NCBI GenBank assembly: GCA_018268355.1
Contig: JAFDWR010000001.1
Span: 289,797-353,796 of the forward strand
Source of the DNA: Armatimonadota bacterium
GTDB taxonomy: Bacteria > Armatimonadota > Fimbriimonadia > Fimbriimonadales > Fimbriimonadaceae
Length of the DNA: 64,000 nt
Direction: 5' to 3'
The notes under the pieces were generated by a model. That model had not been told where the DNA came from, ran no database searches, and saw only the letters and a list, made by a program, of their open reading frames with translations. The translations under genes were made by a program, and so were the position numbers. How positions within the stretch are numbered: position 1 is the first letter of the stretch; each line of letters begins with the position of its first letter. Positions 36,932 through 46,005 of the stretch are shown here, piece after piece.

Positions 36932-37174
36932 ATGTTGGATTTGCGACCTTGTTGCGAAGCCTGTGGTGTTCCACTCTCACCCGATTCGCCTCTCGCCCGG
37001 ATCTGCTCGTTTGAATGTACGTTCTGTGCTGAATGTGCGGAAGTTAGGTTCAAAGGGGTCTGCCCAAACTGTGGCGGAAACTTCGTTCCTCGGCCCATCC
37101 GGCCGCCCGAAAAGCTGGTTCAGTTTCCCGCTGCCGCCGCCTGCATCCCCGAGCCCAGGTGGCGGATTTGGTGA
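36932..37174 (+). CDS. DUF1272 zinc-ribbon protein
   Basis: MLDLRPCCEACGVPLSPDSPLARICSFECTFCAECAEVRFKGVCPNCGGNFVPRPIRP is the characteristic Cys pattern. Confidence 0.7.
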   Translation: MLDLRPCCEACGVPLSPDSPLARICSFECTFCAECAEVRFKGVCPNCGGNFVPRPIRPPEKLVQFPAAAACIPEPRWRIW

Positions 37175-37665
37175 CGTTTCCGCTCTACGAGGAGCGGTCC
37201 ATCCGACACATTAGGAACGTTGACCGTCAGAACTGGACAATCAAGGTTTACGCGATTCACCAGGAGGGCGAGAGCGTGCCGGGCCAAGCCTTGGAGACGG
37301 GAATCGATCTCGCGTTCAGTCGCTTTGACCAATCCCGCGAATCGGTTTTGGCAGTAGGCACGGACTGGAATGGCCTCGAAACCTATGGTGTTGGCGTCCT
37401 CATGGTCCACCTTGGTCGCGAGGCGCTCTTTGCCATCCTCGCCCATTGGACTGGCGAGAACATGCTGCGGCAGGAAACCTGGGTCGCGAGCCGGGAAGAG
37501 CCCACCCGGTGGGAGGACATCACGCCGAGCGGCCTCACCACCTGCGTCTGGGAACTTGCCGTTCTTTGCCACGAAAGGCAGGCTTGGATTGAGCATGTGC
37601 TCCGTCCGGGCAACCTGGGCGCCAAGGCCGACTACTTAAATGACGTCCTGAACGCGGACCTCTAA
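37159..37665 (+). CDS. hypothetical protein overlapping the DUF1272 gene by 16 nt
   Basis: 168-aa ORF with mixed composition. No family recognised. Confidence 0.45.
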   Translation: MADLVTFPLYEERSIRHIRNVDRQNWTIKVYAIHQEGESVPGQALETGIDLAFSRFDQSRESVLAVGTDWNGLETYGVGVLMVHLGREALFAILAHWTGENMLRQETWVASREEPTRWEDITPSGLTTCVWELAVLCHERQAWIEHVLRPGNLGAKADYLNDVLNADL

Positions 37666-37700
37666 ATGGAAAAGGCCCCTGGGCTGCTGACCCAGGGGCC
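37664..37700. terminator. bidirectional terminator between convergent genes
   Basis: Perfect 10-bp stem ggcccctgggCTGCTGAcccaggggcc, flanked by an A-run on the plus strand (U-run for the minus-strand pilin operon). Confidence 0.6.
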
Positions 37701-37705
37701 GAGTG

Positions 37706-39301
37706 CTACTTGCTTTGTAGCCAGTTTTGTAGCTTCGTTGGATTGAAGTTGGCGGCAATGCCATTCGGCACCCAAGACGTGTTGATCTTGGTGTTTGGAT
37801 CCTGGGGCATTGGCCCGCCGGTCGCCGCATAAGGCTCGTACTTCACCACAAAGCTCGCGCCGCCGTCGGGGTCAATGTTGATTCCGCCATTGTTGCCGCT
37901 TCCGCCTGCAACGAGAAGTCCAGTGACTTCCGCATTCGAACCCTTGATCTGCATGCCACCCAGGGCCGTGTAGATCAGTCCCGCGTCGATCGCCGACGAA
38001 GAGGTGAGCGTGAACGCGTCGGGGGCCTCGGCAAGGATGACGAGCGCGGCTCGCATCATGACCATTTCGCGGGTCGTGAACGGACTGCCCTGTGTATCAA
38101 CCTTGTACTCCGCCCCAGGAGCGTCGGTGTACTTGCCCTTCACGACAAGGGTGACGCCAAGGTTGAGCACGCGGCCGTTGTTGTGGAGGTTGCCCTTGAC
38201 GTAAACGACGTTGTCCTTCGGATTGGTGCTGTTGGGCATGAACCGAAGCGTGTCCCCGCTCGCCACTTCAATGTTGCCCTGGATGGTTGCGGGAGCAGTG
38301 ACGACCTTCCAGCCATCGCCCGGGCGACCCGGCATGCTCGGCGACTTAATGTTGATGTGGTTCTCGGCGTCTGGCTTTCCGGCGCGGGTGCTCCAGTCGT
38401 TTTCCCAACCGTTGACCGTCGTCTTGTCGGCGAAGTTGACCTTCGTTGGCATGCTGAGCACGCTGTTCGCGAGTCCGCCGAGGAAGGAGCCACTGGCAGG
38501 GGCCGCTGGATTCCGGTAGTTCTTGGAACCGTTCGAATTGCCGATGCCATCTTTCCCCTTGGTCAGGTTGGCAATCGCTCCGTCCGGTACCAGGAACTGA
38601 CCTTGCACGTCGAGGACGTTCGGGTTGTAGTTCGACCCCTTCAAGGAATTCTTGCCCTGCCACGTGATGCCCGAATTGCCAACGATGTGGGCGTCAAGAC
38701 CATTGGGTGAATAGGTTCGCAGGCCCATGTCGGTGTTGATGTCCACGCGCTCGTTGGAAACGATGGCCCCGATCGGGAAGGTGAACTCTCCGGGGGGCGG
38801 CGAGCCACCGACAACCTGCGTCTGCTGGATGAGGGATTGGTCAATGTTTCCACTGAACTGCGCGCTGAGGTTGCTGACGGTGCCGTTGGTCGCGGTACCG
38901 GTCCCTTCAATCGTGAAGATATAAGCCGAACGGCGGATCATTTGGCCTCCGCCGACGTCGATATCGGTGTCGATCTTGCTGACGTTGGTGATCTTGGCCG
39001 AATACGAACCGATCACCGTCTTGGTTTTGCCGTTGTCGTAAAACGCGGTGGTCTGCGGGAGCGTGAACGGATACGACTGCGTCTCGAGCATCTGGAGTCG
39101 GATGCGGTCGTAAAGCGCGTTGATGCCGCTTTCCGCGAGCGAAGAGGCCTGAAGCTTGTCCGCCGCGCCCTTGCTCGTTCGGTCGTAGGTCGAGGTCACA
39201 CCGAGGAGGGCCATGCCCATGATGCTGAAGCACAGCACGAAGAGCAGCACAAGCCCCATTGAGAAGCCGCGTTGAAGTCGTGGTGAGGATTTCTTGATCA
39301 T
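37706..39301 (-). CDS. PilX-like minor pilin / pilus-associated protein
   Basis: N-terminus QRGFSMGLVLLFVLCFSIMGMALLGVTSTY is a prepilin-like hydrophobic helix lacking Glu+5, as in PilX. Large Asn/Gly/Thr-rich extracellular body. Confidence 0.6.
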   Translation of the reverse strand: MIKKSSPRLQRGFSMGLVLLFVLCFSIMGMALLGVTSTYDRTSKGAADKLQASSLAESGINALYDRIRLQMLETQSYPFTLPQTTAFYDNGKTKTVIGSYSAKITNVSKIDTDIDVGGGQMIRRSAYIFTIEGTGTATNGTVSNLSAQFSGNIDQSLIQQTQVVGGSPPPGEFTFPIGAIVSNERVDINTDMGLRTYSPNGLDAHIVGNSGITWQGKNSLKGSNYNPNVLDVQGQFLVPDGAIANLTKGKDGIGNSNGSKNYRNPAAPASGSFLGGLANSVLSMPTKVNFADKTTVNGWENDWSTRAGKPDAENHINIKSPSMPGRPGDGWKVVTAPATIQGNIEVASGDTLRFMPNSTNPKDNVVYVKGNLHNNGRVLNLGVTLVVKGKYTDAPGAEYKVDTQGSPFTTREMVMMRAALVILAEAPDAFTLTSSSAIDAGLIYTALGGMQIKGSNAEVTGLLVAGGSGNNGGINIDPDGGASFVVKYEPYAATGGPMPQDPNTKINTSWVPNGIAANFNPTKLQNWLQSK

Positions 39302-39315
39302 GTTTTCTCCTAAAG

Positions 39316-40164
39316 TTATCGATTGAGAAGGCTGATTCGGCTGTCGATCACGAGGGGCTGAGATTGGGTCTGGTTCCGCCGATTGAGATAGGTCGCAGAG
39401 ATGTTCCAGACCATCCGCACCGAGTCCGTGGCGTTCGAGCCATCGGAATCAGCTGCGACGGAAGGGTCGCAGGGATACTCCACGTCGATCGGCACGCCCG
39501 AGTTCAGCGAGCTCTTGAGGATCACGGTTTGGCCCTGGATCGTGGCGTTGCCGTCAGCAATTCGGTCCACGCCGCCGATGAGAACTTGGTTCTTCAGCCC
39601 GCCGACGCTCGCCGAGGGAGTCGTTTGGAGCGTGTAGATGTTCGTACCTGGGTCACCCTGAAACTGATCCTGGGCCGCAGACGCAAACGTGATCGACGTC
39701 AGCTGGGTTGCGATCGTCTTCGCGAAGACCGGGGTCGATTCCTTCGTCGGCGTAATGCTCGCCGTATAGAGGTTCAGGACGTTCGGGCCGTTGGGGCCGG
39801 CGTCGGCGACCAATCGGTAGATGAACACGCTAAAGGTCCCCGCGATGGGCTTCTTGTTGATGTCGAACACCGGGATGCGAAGGATCAGCGTCTTGTTCGT
39901 GCTTGCCGAATAGAGCGGCGTCGCCCGCGTCGGATAGTAGGCGAGGCAACGGTCGGCGAGGCGAAGGTCGTTGGCGACCTTCTCAAAGTTCGACCGCGCG
40001 CCCTGGATGACGAACGACGTCGTTTGGACCTTGTTGAAGGTGTTTCCGGCGAGGAGGCTGGTTTCTAGAACGAGGAAGGTGATGACAGCAAAGATCGAAA
40101 CGACGGCCATCGTTTCGACAAGGCTCACGCCTCGCTTCTTCTTTGCAGGCATCTTTACTTCCAT
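39316..40164 (-). CDS. prepilin-type N-terminal cleavage/methylation domain protein (PilW/pseudopilin-like)
   Basis: KKKRG|VSLVETMAVVSIFAVITFLVL is a leader followed by G|xxxxE with Glu at +5. Confidence 0.75.
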   Translation of the reverse strand: MEVKMPAKKKRGVSLVETMAVVSIFAVITFLVLETSLLAGNTFNKVQTTSFVIQGARSNFEKVANDLRLADRCLAYYPTRATPLYSASTNKTLILRIPVFDINKKPIAGTFSVFIYRLVADAGPNGPNVLNLYTASITPTKESTPVFAKTIATQLTSITFASAAQDQFQGDPGTNIYTLQTTPSASVGGLKNQVLIGGVDRIADGNATIQGQTVILKSSLNSGVPIDVEYPCDPSVAADSDGSNATDSVRMVWNISATYLNRRNQTQSQPLVIDSRISLLNR

Positions 40165-40850
40165 TTCGAACCGTAAACTCCTGTCATTCCCAAGACTTCG
40201 GTGGTGCCGCCAGTACTCCCGCCGGATGTGGTTCCTGTCGTGCTACCTGTCGTTCCACCGGTCGTCGTGGTTCCGCCCGTCGTGGGGTCGGGAGGCGGAG
40301 TTCCGCCCGTGCTCGTGGTTCCGCCCGTCGTCGACGAAGGAGGCGGAGGGGGCGGCGGAACGTACTTGATCGTGTCCCAATCAAGCGGCGTCGTCCCATC
40401 ATAGGGAGTGTCATAAAGGTTGTCTGGCGAAACGACAAGCTTCACTAGGGTGACGCTGGACGGGGTCGAATTCCGAATCGCGTTTTGCCAGGTGATCGTG
40501 ACCGTGATCTGCTCAAGGTTTTTGCTCGTGCTGAGCGGCTGGACCGAGTATGTGCCGCTTAAGATCGTCCCCTTGGGGAACTGCGCGGCAGATGCCGTGG
40601 GAATCGTGAACGGAATATCCACGCCAACTTGTCGGTTCGACTGCCGGATCGCTGCGATGTCATCGAGCTTCTGCCGGGCAAGGGACATCGCCACCGCTCG
40701 GCGCTCCGATTGGCGAGCAACCTTGGTCGAGAACACGCCCATCGTGAAGACGGTCAGGATGGAGACCGTGAGGATGCCAAGGAGGGCGAGAAGCTCCAAC
40801 ATGGAGATTCCCCGTTTAGTTCGCCTAGGTCGTTGGCAGCCGAAATGCAT
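40155..40850 (-). CDS. prepilin-type protein with Pro/Thr/Gly low-complexity C-terminal tail
   Basis: RTKRG|ISMLELLALLGILTVSILTVF (Glu+5). C-terminus KYVPPPPPPPSSTTGGTTSTGGTPPPDPTTGGTTTTGGTTGSTTGTTSGG. I chose the internal start (index 38); the ORF frame is open from 40961. Confidence 0.7.
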   Translation of the reverse strand: MHFGCQRPRRTKRGISMLELLALLGILTVSILTVFTMGVFSTKVARQSERRAVAMSLARQKLDDIAAIRQSNRQVGVDIPFTIPTASAAQFPKGTILSGTYSVQPLSTSKNLEQITVTITWQNAIRNSTPSSVTLVKLVVSPDNLYDTPYDGTTPLDWDTIKYVPPPPPPPSSTTGGTTSTGGTPPPDPTTGGTTTTGGTTGSTTGTTSGGSTGGTTEVLGMTGVYGSKWK

Positions 40851-40926
40851 AAGATGCGGACGTGATCCGTATCTGATTCTCGGCACAATGGGTGGTCTTC
40901 CAACAGGGAAGAGTACGAGGATTTCC

Positions 40927-41829
40927 TCAGTCAGCGTTTTCCAGCGAACTGCGCAGTTCACTGGGCACGAGGCCTAGATACTCCTTGACGGACTCGCGCA
41001 GGCCCTGCGTGGTTCCGAACCCGCAGTTCGAGGCGACGAGGTCGACCGGCATTTCGGTCGTGGTAAGGAGTTTTACCGCGGTCTCCGTGCGACATCGGTC
41101 CACGTACTCGTGGAAACCGTAGCCAACGCTCGCCTTAAAGACGCGTGAAAAGTGGAACGGCGAATAACCAGCGTAGTCGGAGGCGTCCTTGAGCGCCCAG
41201 TTGCCATTCGGCTTATCGCGCACCTTCCCGACGAGGTCGCGCAGGATTTCGGGCAAATCGGGGGGCAGGGAAGCGAGAAGGAACTCGTTGTCGGACTGCA
41301 ACAGGTATGGAAGCGCCTCGTAGACGACGCTCATGAAGATGCTTTCGGCCTGGCCGCCACCGTGCTTACAGGCCGACTTTGCCCTTGCCTCAAGGCCAAT
41401 GAAGCTGGGGTCAGTCGCTCGCACCGCGACCATTCGATCCTTTTGGCTTCCAACGGAAGACTCTTCGACGAGGCGCTCGAGGATCGGGTGCGCGGAGACG
41501 TGCCACCGGATCGCGAGAGCCTGGTGTTCGCCGCGGGCGGCGTTGATCGCCATCGACTGCCCAGCGCGGAGGAAAACGATGCTTCGCGGTGGGACAATCG
41601 CGATCTTGGAGAGGCCGGGGCGAAGGATGACCGCGCCTTGCAAGTTAAAAATCAGGCACGCATTCTCGGCGGAGACTTGGAGTCGCCCATTTGCAACACG
41701 GGACACCGTGCCAATGATACGCTCGGCGGCTAGGGCCCACGGAGCCGTGCAAAGTGGTACACGTTCGATGCTGTTTGAGCAATCAAAGCTCAAACTTAGG
41801 TGCGACTCGTCTGAAATCCTCGCGCCCAT
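40927..41829 (-). CDS. AraC-family transcriptional regulator
   Basis: C-terminal HTH DYAGYSPFHFSRVFKASVGYGFHEYVDRCRTETAVKLL...LVASNCGF. Confidence 0.8.
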   Translation of the reverse strand: MGARISDESHLSLSFDCSNSIERVPLCTAPWALAAERIIGTVSRVANGRLQVSAENACLIFNLQGAVILRPGLSKIAIVPPRSIVFLRAGQSMAINAARGEHQALAIRWHVSAHPILERLVEESSVGSQKDRMVAVRATDPSFIGLEARAKSACKHGGGQAESIFMSVVYEALPYLLQSDNEFLLASLPPDLPEILRDLVGKVRDKPNGNWALKDASDYAGYSPFHFSRVFKASVGYGFHEYVDRCRTETAVKLLTTTEMPVDLVASNCGFGTTQGLRESVKEYLGLVPSELRSSLENAD

Positions 41830-41976
41830 ATCGTTACCCTTTGTACTTTGTCACCGGACTTTCACATCATACTGAACGCATTGTTCTCACTGGTGAGGTT
41901 TAGAGCCAAGAATACAGAAGATTTCCTCATTTGAGTATGGGTTCTCGCCTAGGTTTCAAAATTCTATGAGGATTCC

Positions 41977-43002
41977 TTGCTTCGAAGCGGGTATCTCTGG
42001 GGCGTGGGAAAGAACGTCGCCATCCTTGGGGCCACCGGCGCGGTCGGTCATGAGCTCCTCCACATTCTCGCTGAGCGCAACTTCCCCATCTCCGAACTGG
42101 TCCTTCTCGCGAGTCCACGGTCTGCCGGTTCGACCTTGAAGTTTCGGGGCGAAGAGGTGGCGGTGCAGGCAGTTTCGAAAGATGCCTTCGCCGGAGTGGA
42201 GTTCGCCTTCTTTAGCGCGGGGGCGGATCGCAGCCTGGAATGGGCACCGGCGGCGAACGAGGCGGGCGCCATCGTCATCGACAACAGCAGCGCCTTCCGA
42301 ACTCACCCGGAAGTCCCCCTCGTGGTGCCCGAGATCAACGGCGAGCAGCTCAGCGCAAGGCCAAAGCGAGTCAGCGTTCCGAACTGCACCGCCATCCTCC
42401 TGACCATGGTGTTGCACCCGATTCGTGCTCTCGGGAAGTTCGATCGGGTCGTCGTAAGCACCTATCAGTCGGCGAGCGGTGGTGGAGCATCGATGATGCA
42501 AGCCCTGGTTGACCAGACGAAAGCCGCCCTCGCGGGCGAACCGCCGAAGGCTTCGGCCACATTCCCGCCCTACGCGTTTAACCTCTTTAGCCACAACACG
42601 GTGATTGGCGCGGACGGCTTCAACGGCGAAGAGTCTAAGGTGATGACCGAGACCCGGCGCATCCTGGGCCTCCAAGACCTCAGCCTGATGGTCACCTGCG
42701 TTCGGGTGCCGGTGCTGCGTGCCCACTCCGAGTCTGTCGTGATCGACTTTGCGGGTGAGGCGCCGAGCGTGGAGAACATCCGTGAGGCGCTGGGGTCGGC
42801 TCCGGGCGTTCGGCTGCTCGATGACCGTGAAAACAACGACTTCCCGACGCCGCTCGCAGCCTCGGGTGGGGATGACGTCCTCGTCGGGCGGATTCGCCGC
42901 GATCCGAGCCGGCCAAACTCCATTGCGCTCTTCCTTGCCGGCGATCAACTGCGAAAGGGTGCCGCGCTGAACGCGGTCCAGATTGCCGAGCGGCTGCTTT
43001 AG
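41977..43002 (+). CDS. asd: aspartate-semialdehyde dehydrogenase
   Basis: VAILGATGAVG (Rossmann); active-site region PNCTAI; STYQSASGGG. The start may be the downstream GTG (GVGKNVAILG). Confidence 0.9.
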   Translation: MLRSGYLWGVGKNVAILGATGAVGHELLHILAERNFPISELVLLASPRSAGSTLKFRGEEVAVQAVSKDAFAGVEFAFFSAGADRSLEWAPAANEAGAIVIDNSSAFRTHPEVPLVVPEINGEQLSARPKRVSVPNCTAILLTMVLHPIRALGKFDRVVVSTYQSASGGGASMMQALVDQTKAALAGEPPKASATFPPYAFNLFSHNTVIGADGFNGEESKVMTETRRILGLQDLSLMVTCVRVPVLRAHSESVVIDFAGEAPSVENIREALGSAPGVRLLDDRENNDFPTPLAASGGDDVLVGRIRRDPSRPNSIALFLAGDQLRKGAALNAVQIAERLL

Positions 43003-44231
43003 AGCCCGAACTCAGCGCGCCACGATCCCATCCAGCGATTGGCGGCATACGGCGCGGCGGTGCCGGTCGGAGGTGCCTTGACCGCGCCTTCGATCATCGC
43101 GAGCCAAGTGGCGGGAGGAAGCGAGATCAGCTGGGCCTCTTTCACCCCACTCGGGCCTTCGAGCATGAGGCCCCGCGTGCTGACGTAAATCTTGGTGTCA
43201 CCGCCGTCGACCTTGGCGATCAGCGGATTGGTGGGCGAAGTCGCTGCGAGCTCAGCTTCCAACCACGCCCGGCAATCCACAAGGTCCTTAATCGTCTCGC
43301 GCCGCGCCGGATCGGAGTTTCCGAGCAGCCGCAGCATCTCCGTGAAGTCGTAGCGCGAACGCGCTTCCTCCAGGTTCGGCTGTGGAGCTGGCGTGGGCGG
43401 GGTGGGCGTTCCGGTCGGTTGCGCCGTGGCCGTGGCGGTGGGACTGGGTGAAGGCTTGGAGGTTGGCGAAGGACGGACGGTCGCGGAGTGTTTGCTGTCG
43501 AGGTCCTTTATCGTCGACTTCACCGGCTTCTTTCCAACCCAAATGATGATGACGGCGAGGGCAAGGAGGAGGCCTCCGACCAAGGCGAGCATGACGCCTG
43601 CGCGAGCACCCGAAACGCCGTCTTTTTGTTCGCTCGGCGAAGGTAGAAGCGGGTCGTTGTCGGTCGCGAACTCGCTGAGCGGCGGCACTTCGTAAACCGG
43701 AACGGGCTCCGCAATGTTCTTCAGGTGCTTCGCGCCGAGGAAGCGGGCCTTGACCGGCACCTTGTGCTTGATCACGTCGCCAACCATGCGCGAGTAACAA
43801 ATTGCTCCCGGTTTGCACTCCGCTTGGAGTCGAGCGGCAACATTCACACCATCGCCAAAAACGTTCTCACCGTCGATGATGACGTCGCCCATGTGAACGC
43901 CCAGCCTGTGCATCAGAACGCTGACCGCAGGCATGTTTCGACTTGAAACATAGAGGCTTTGCTGGATCTTCAGCGCGCACTGCATCGCCTCAACCGCGCT
44001 GCCAAACACCATAAGCATGCCGTCACCCATCGTGTTGAGCACCCTTCCGCCATGCGAATGACAGATCTCGGTCATGAGGTTGAAGTCGCGCTGCAGGATC
44101 TTAAACGCGGCTTGCTCGTCCTTTCCCGCGAGCTTGCTAAAGCCCACTGCGTCGGTAAACACGATGGCGGCAAGCAACCGATGCTGCGCAACGGGCTTTT
44201 CGCCTTCTGGGGGTGTTTCGTGGTCCGACAT
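42999..44231 (-). CDS. class III adenylate/guanylate cyclase with C-terminal TM and periplasmic domain
   Basis: FTDAVGFSKLAG, GDGMLMVFGS and GVNVAARLQ are cyclase catalytic motifs in the N-terminal half. Then TM VMLALVGGLLLALAVIIIWV, then a Pro/Thr linker, then a ~120-aa C-terminal domain. Confidence 0.8.
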   Translation of the reverse strand: MSDHETPPEGEKPVAQHRLLAAIVFTDAVGFSKLAGKDEQAAFKILQRDFNLMTEICHSHGGRVLNTMGDGMLMVFGSAVEAMQCALKIQQSLYVSSRNMPAVSVLMHRLGVHMGDVIIDGENVFGDGVNVAARLQAECKPGAICYSRMVGDVIKHKVPVKARFLGAKHLKNIAEPVPVYEVPPLSEFATDNDPLLPSPSEQKDGVSGARAGVMLALVGGLLLALAVIIIWVGKKPVKSTIKDLDSKHSATVRPSPTSKPSPSPTATATAQPTGTPTPPTPAPQPNLEEARSRYDFTEMLRLLGNSDPARRETIKDLVDCRAWLEAELAATSPTNPLIAKVDGGDTKIYVSTRGLMLEGPSGVKEAQLISLPPATWLAMIEGAVKAPPTGTAAPYAANRWMGSWRAEFGL

Positions 44232-44329
44232 GGTCGTGATCGACGGTTAATTGCGAGAATTTTACAGCTTGAAGACGAAACACCCTTGCAGATTGATCCT
44301 TTCCCTAGTAAAGTTGGCAGGGATCTTTA

Positions 44330-44524
44330 TTGAGGAAGCACATGATTCGACTCTCTGAAAGCCGTTGCCCCAACTGCGGTTCACCTCAATCAAGCGTTCA
44401 GTCCGTAGCTTGTTCGAACTGTAAGGGTGTTCTTCAAAACGAAGAAAGGTCGCTCGACCGAGAAGAACTCTCCCCAGACGGGCGACCTTTAGCGCACGAT
44501 CCTAAGCCAATGCCATCGGCATAA
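44330..44524 (+). CDS. possible small zinc-ribbon protein (weak)
   Basis: 64 aa with CPNCG...CSNC. Convergent with dnaN and overlaps its 3' end by 23 nt. Confidence 0.25.
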   Translation: MRKHMIRLSESRCPNCGSPQSSVQSVACSNCKGVLQNEERSLDREELSPDGRPLAHDPKPMPSA

Positions 44525-45683
44525 TCACGCAGAAGAAGCTGTCATCGTCGGTGGGCTTCACCACGGCAGGCCTCATGCTCTCCGTCATCTCAAAGTAGGC
44601 ACCGATCGCTTTGGTTCTTGCACTCTCTCCTTGTGCCTTTTTTGACTGATCGGCTGCCGCCTGTTCCTCTGCTGCCTTGATGCCAATTGCTTCAACGACC
44701 TTGATCGCATCGGTGACGTACCGACCATTGAATGCGATTTCGATGTCTCCGTTGTTGCTCACCATTCCGACCTCTTCCTTCGCGTCGCCCTTTTCGTCGC
44801 TGTGCGCGGCGATGATGATCTGGTCGCCTTCGCCCTTAAATCGCACCCGGTTGGCGTTGTCGCGAGCAAGGATCAAACAGCGGTCGACCTTGTTCATCAG
44901 CTCCTTCACGTCGACCATCCATGATCTGGTTGACTCCTTGGGTACCACGCGATCCCAGTTCGGATAGACGCCCGCGAGAAGCTGGGAAACCACTTTTGCA
45001 CCGCCCGCCTCAACGCCGAGCCGTCCGTCGCCAAAGCGAAGGGTGATCATCTCGTCGTCGGCCACCGGCATGCCCATGAGCGCGCGAAGTGCCTTGTCGG
45101 GGACGATCGTGCTGATCGTCGCGCCGATGCCTTCTTGGTGAATCTGCTTCACGGCAAGGCGGTGGGTGTCGGTTGCCACAAGGGTGAGCTTGGCCCCGTC
45201 GTACTGGAAGAGCACGCCGGTGAGAACCTGGCGGTGGTTGTCAGTCGAAACGGCGAAGATGACCGAGTTGATCGCATCCTTGATCTGACCGAAGGGAAGC
45301 GTGAGCTCGCCGTCGCTGCCAAAGGCGGGCGGCTCAGGGAAGTCCATCGCGTCGATGGTCTGGAGTCGATACTCCGAAGCGCCTTGAACGAGCAGTGCCC
45401 CTTGGCCGTCGAGCGTGCGAAGCTCCAGGTCAGCATCCGCAAGGCTGCTGACGATGTCCTTGAGAAGGCTTGCCTGAAGGCAAACCGAGCCCGTCTCGCG
45501 AACGATGGACGGAATCTGGCGCTCGACCCACATCTCTCCATCGCAACCCAAAACTCGAATCCCAGTCTCGCTGGCTTCTACTTTGAGGTGTTGCAAGATC
45601 GTGACCGACGTGCGCGAACTGGCAGCAAGCGAAGCAGCGGAAGTGGCTTCGAAGAAGGCTTTTCGGGGGCAATCAAGTTTCAT
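44502..45683 (-). CDS. dnaN: DNA polymerase III beta sliding clamp
   Basis: MKLDCPRKAFFEATSAASLAASSRTSVTILQHLKVEA...IRVLGCDGEMWVE is the clamp domain I pattern. Three-domain length; the C-terminus is somewhat extended. Confidence 0.9.
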   Translation of the reverse strand: MKLDCPRKAFFEATSAASLAASSRTSVTILQHLKVEASETGIRVLGCDGEMWVERQIPSIVRETGSVCLQASLLKDIVSSLADADLELRTLDGQGALLVQGASEYRLQTIDAMDFPEPPAFGSDGELTLPFGQIKDAINSVIFAVSTDNHRQVLTGVLFQYDGAKLTLVATDTHRLAVKQIHQEGIGATISTIVPDKALRALMGMPVADDEMITLRFGDGRLGVEAGGAKVVSQLLAGVYPNWDRVVPKESTRSWMVDVKELMNKVDRCLILARDNANRVRFKGEGDQIIIAAHSDEKGDAKEEVGMVSNNGDIEIAFNGRYVTDAIKVVEAIGIKAAEEQAAADQSKKAQGESARTKAIGAYFEMTESMRPAVVKPTDDDSFFCVIMPMALA

Positions 45684-45717
45684 GGTTGGCTTCTAGAGGG
45701 CCTTGGTGCGACCAAGG

Positions 45718-46005
45718 CTAGTTTTGGATGGGCAAGGGAAACTGGAGGTAGGCCGGCGATGGCGTTCGGGTCTGCATCTCAACACCGCGGGCATAAACTT
45801 TCATCAGGATGCGCTGGTACGACTCTTCGGTGAATTGGGGGGCTGGGAGGTCGTGCAGCTGGTCGACCGCTGCACGGAGACTTCTCATATCGGCCTTCAT
45901 GGCCTCATCTCCTTCGGCAGCGCGCTCAAGTTCGGCGTCAACGTCTTCGGTTAACGCACGTTCGGCATAAAGATCGACGAGTTTCCTGTACAGTTCGTTG
46001 TTCAT
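45718..46005 (-). CDS. putative cytoplasmic anti-sigma factor
   Basis: 95-aa acidic helical protein. Its start overlaps the ECF sigma stop (ATGA at 46002-46005). No TM. Confidence 0.45.
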   Translation of the reverse strand: MNNELYRKLVDLYAERALTEDVDAELERAAEGDEAMKADMRSLRAAVDQLHDLPAPQFTEESYQRILMKVYARGVEMQTRTPSPAYLQFPLPIQN

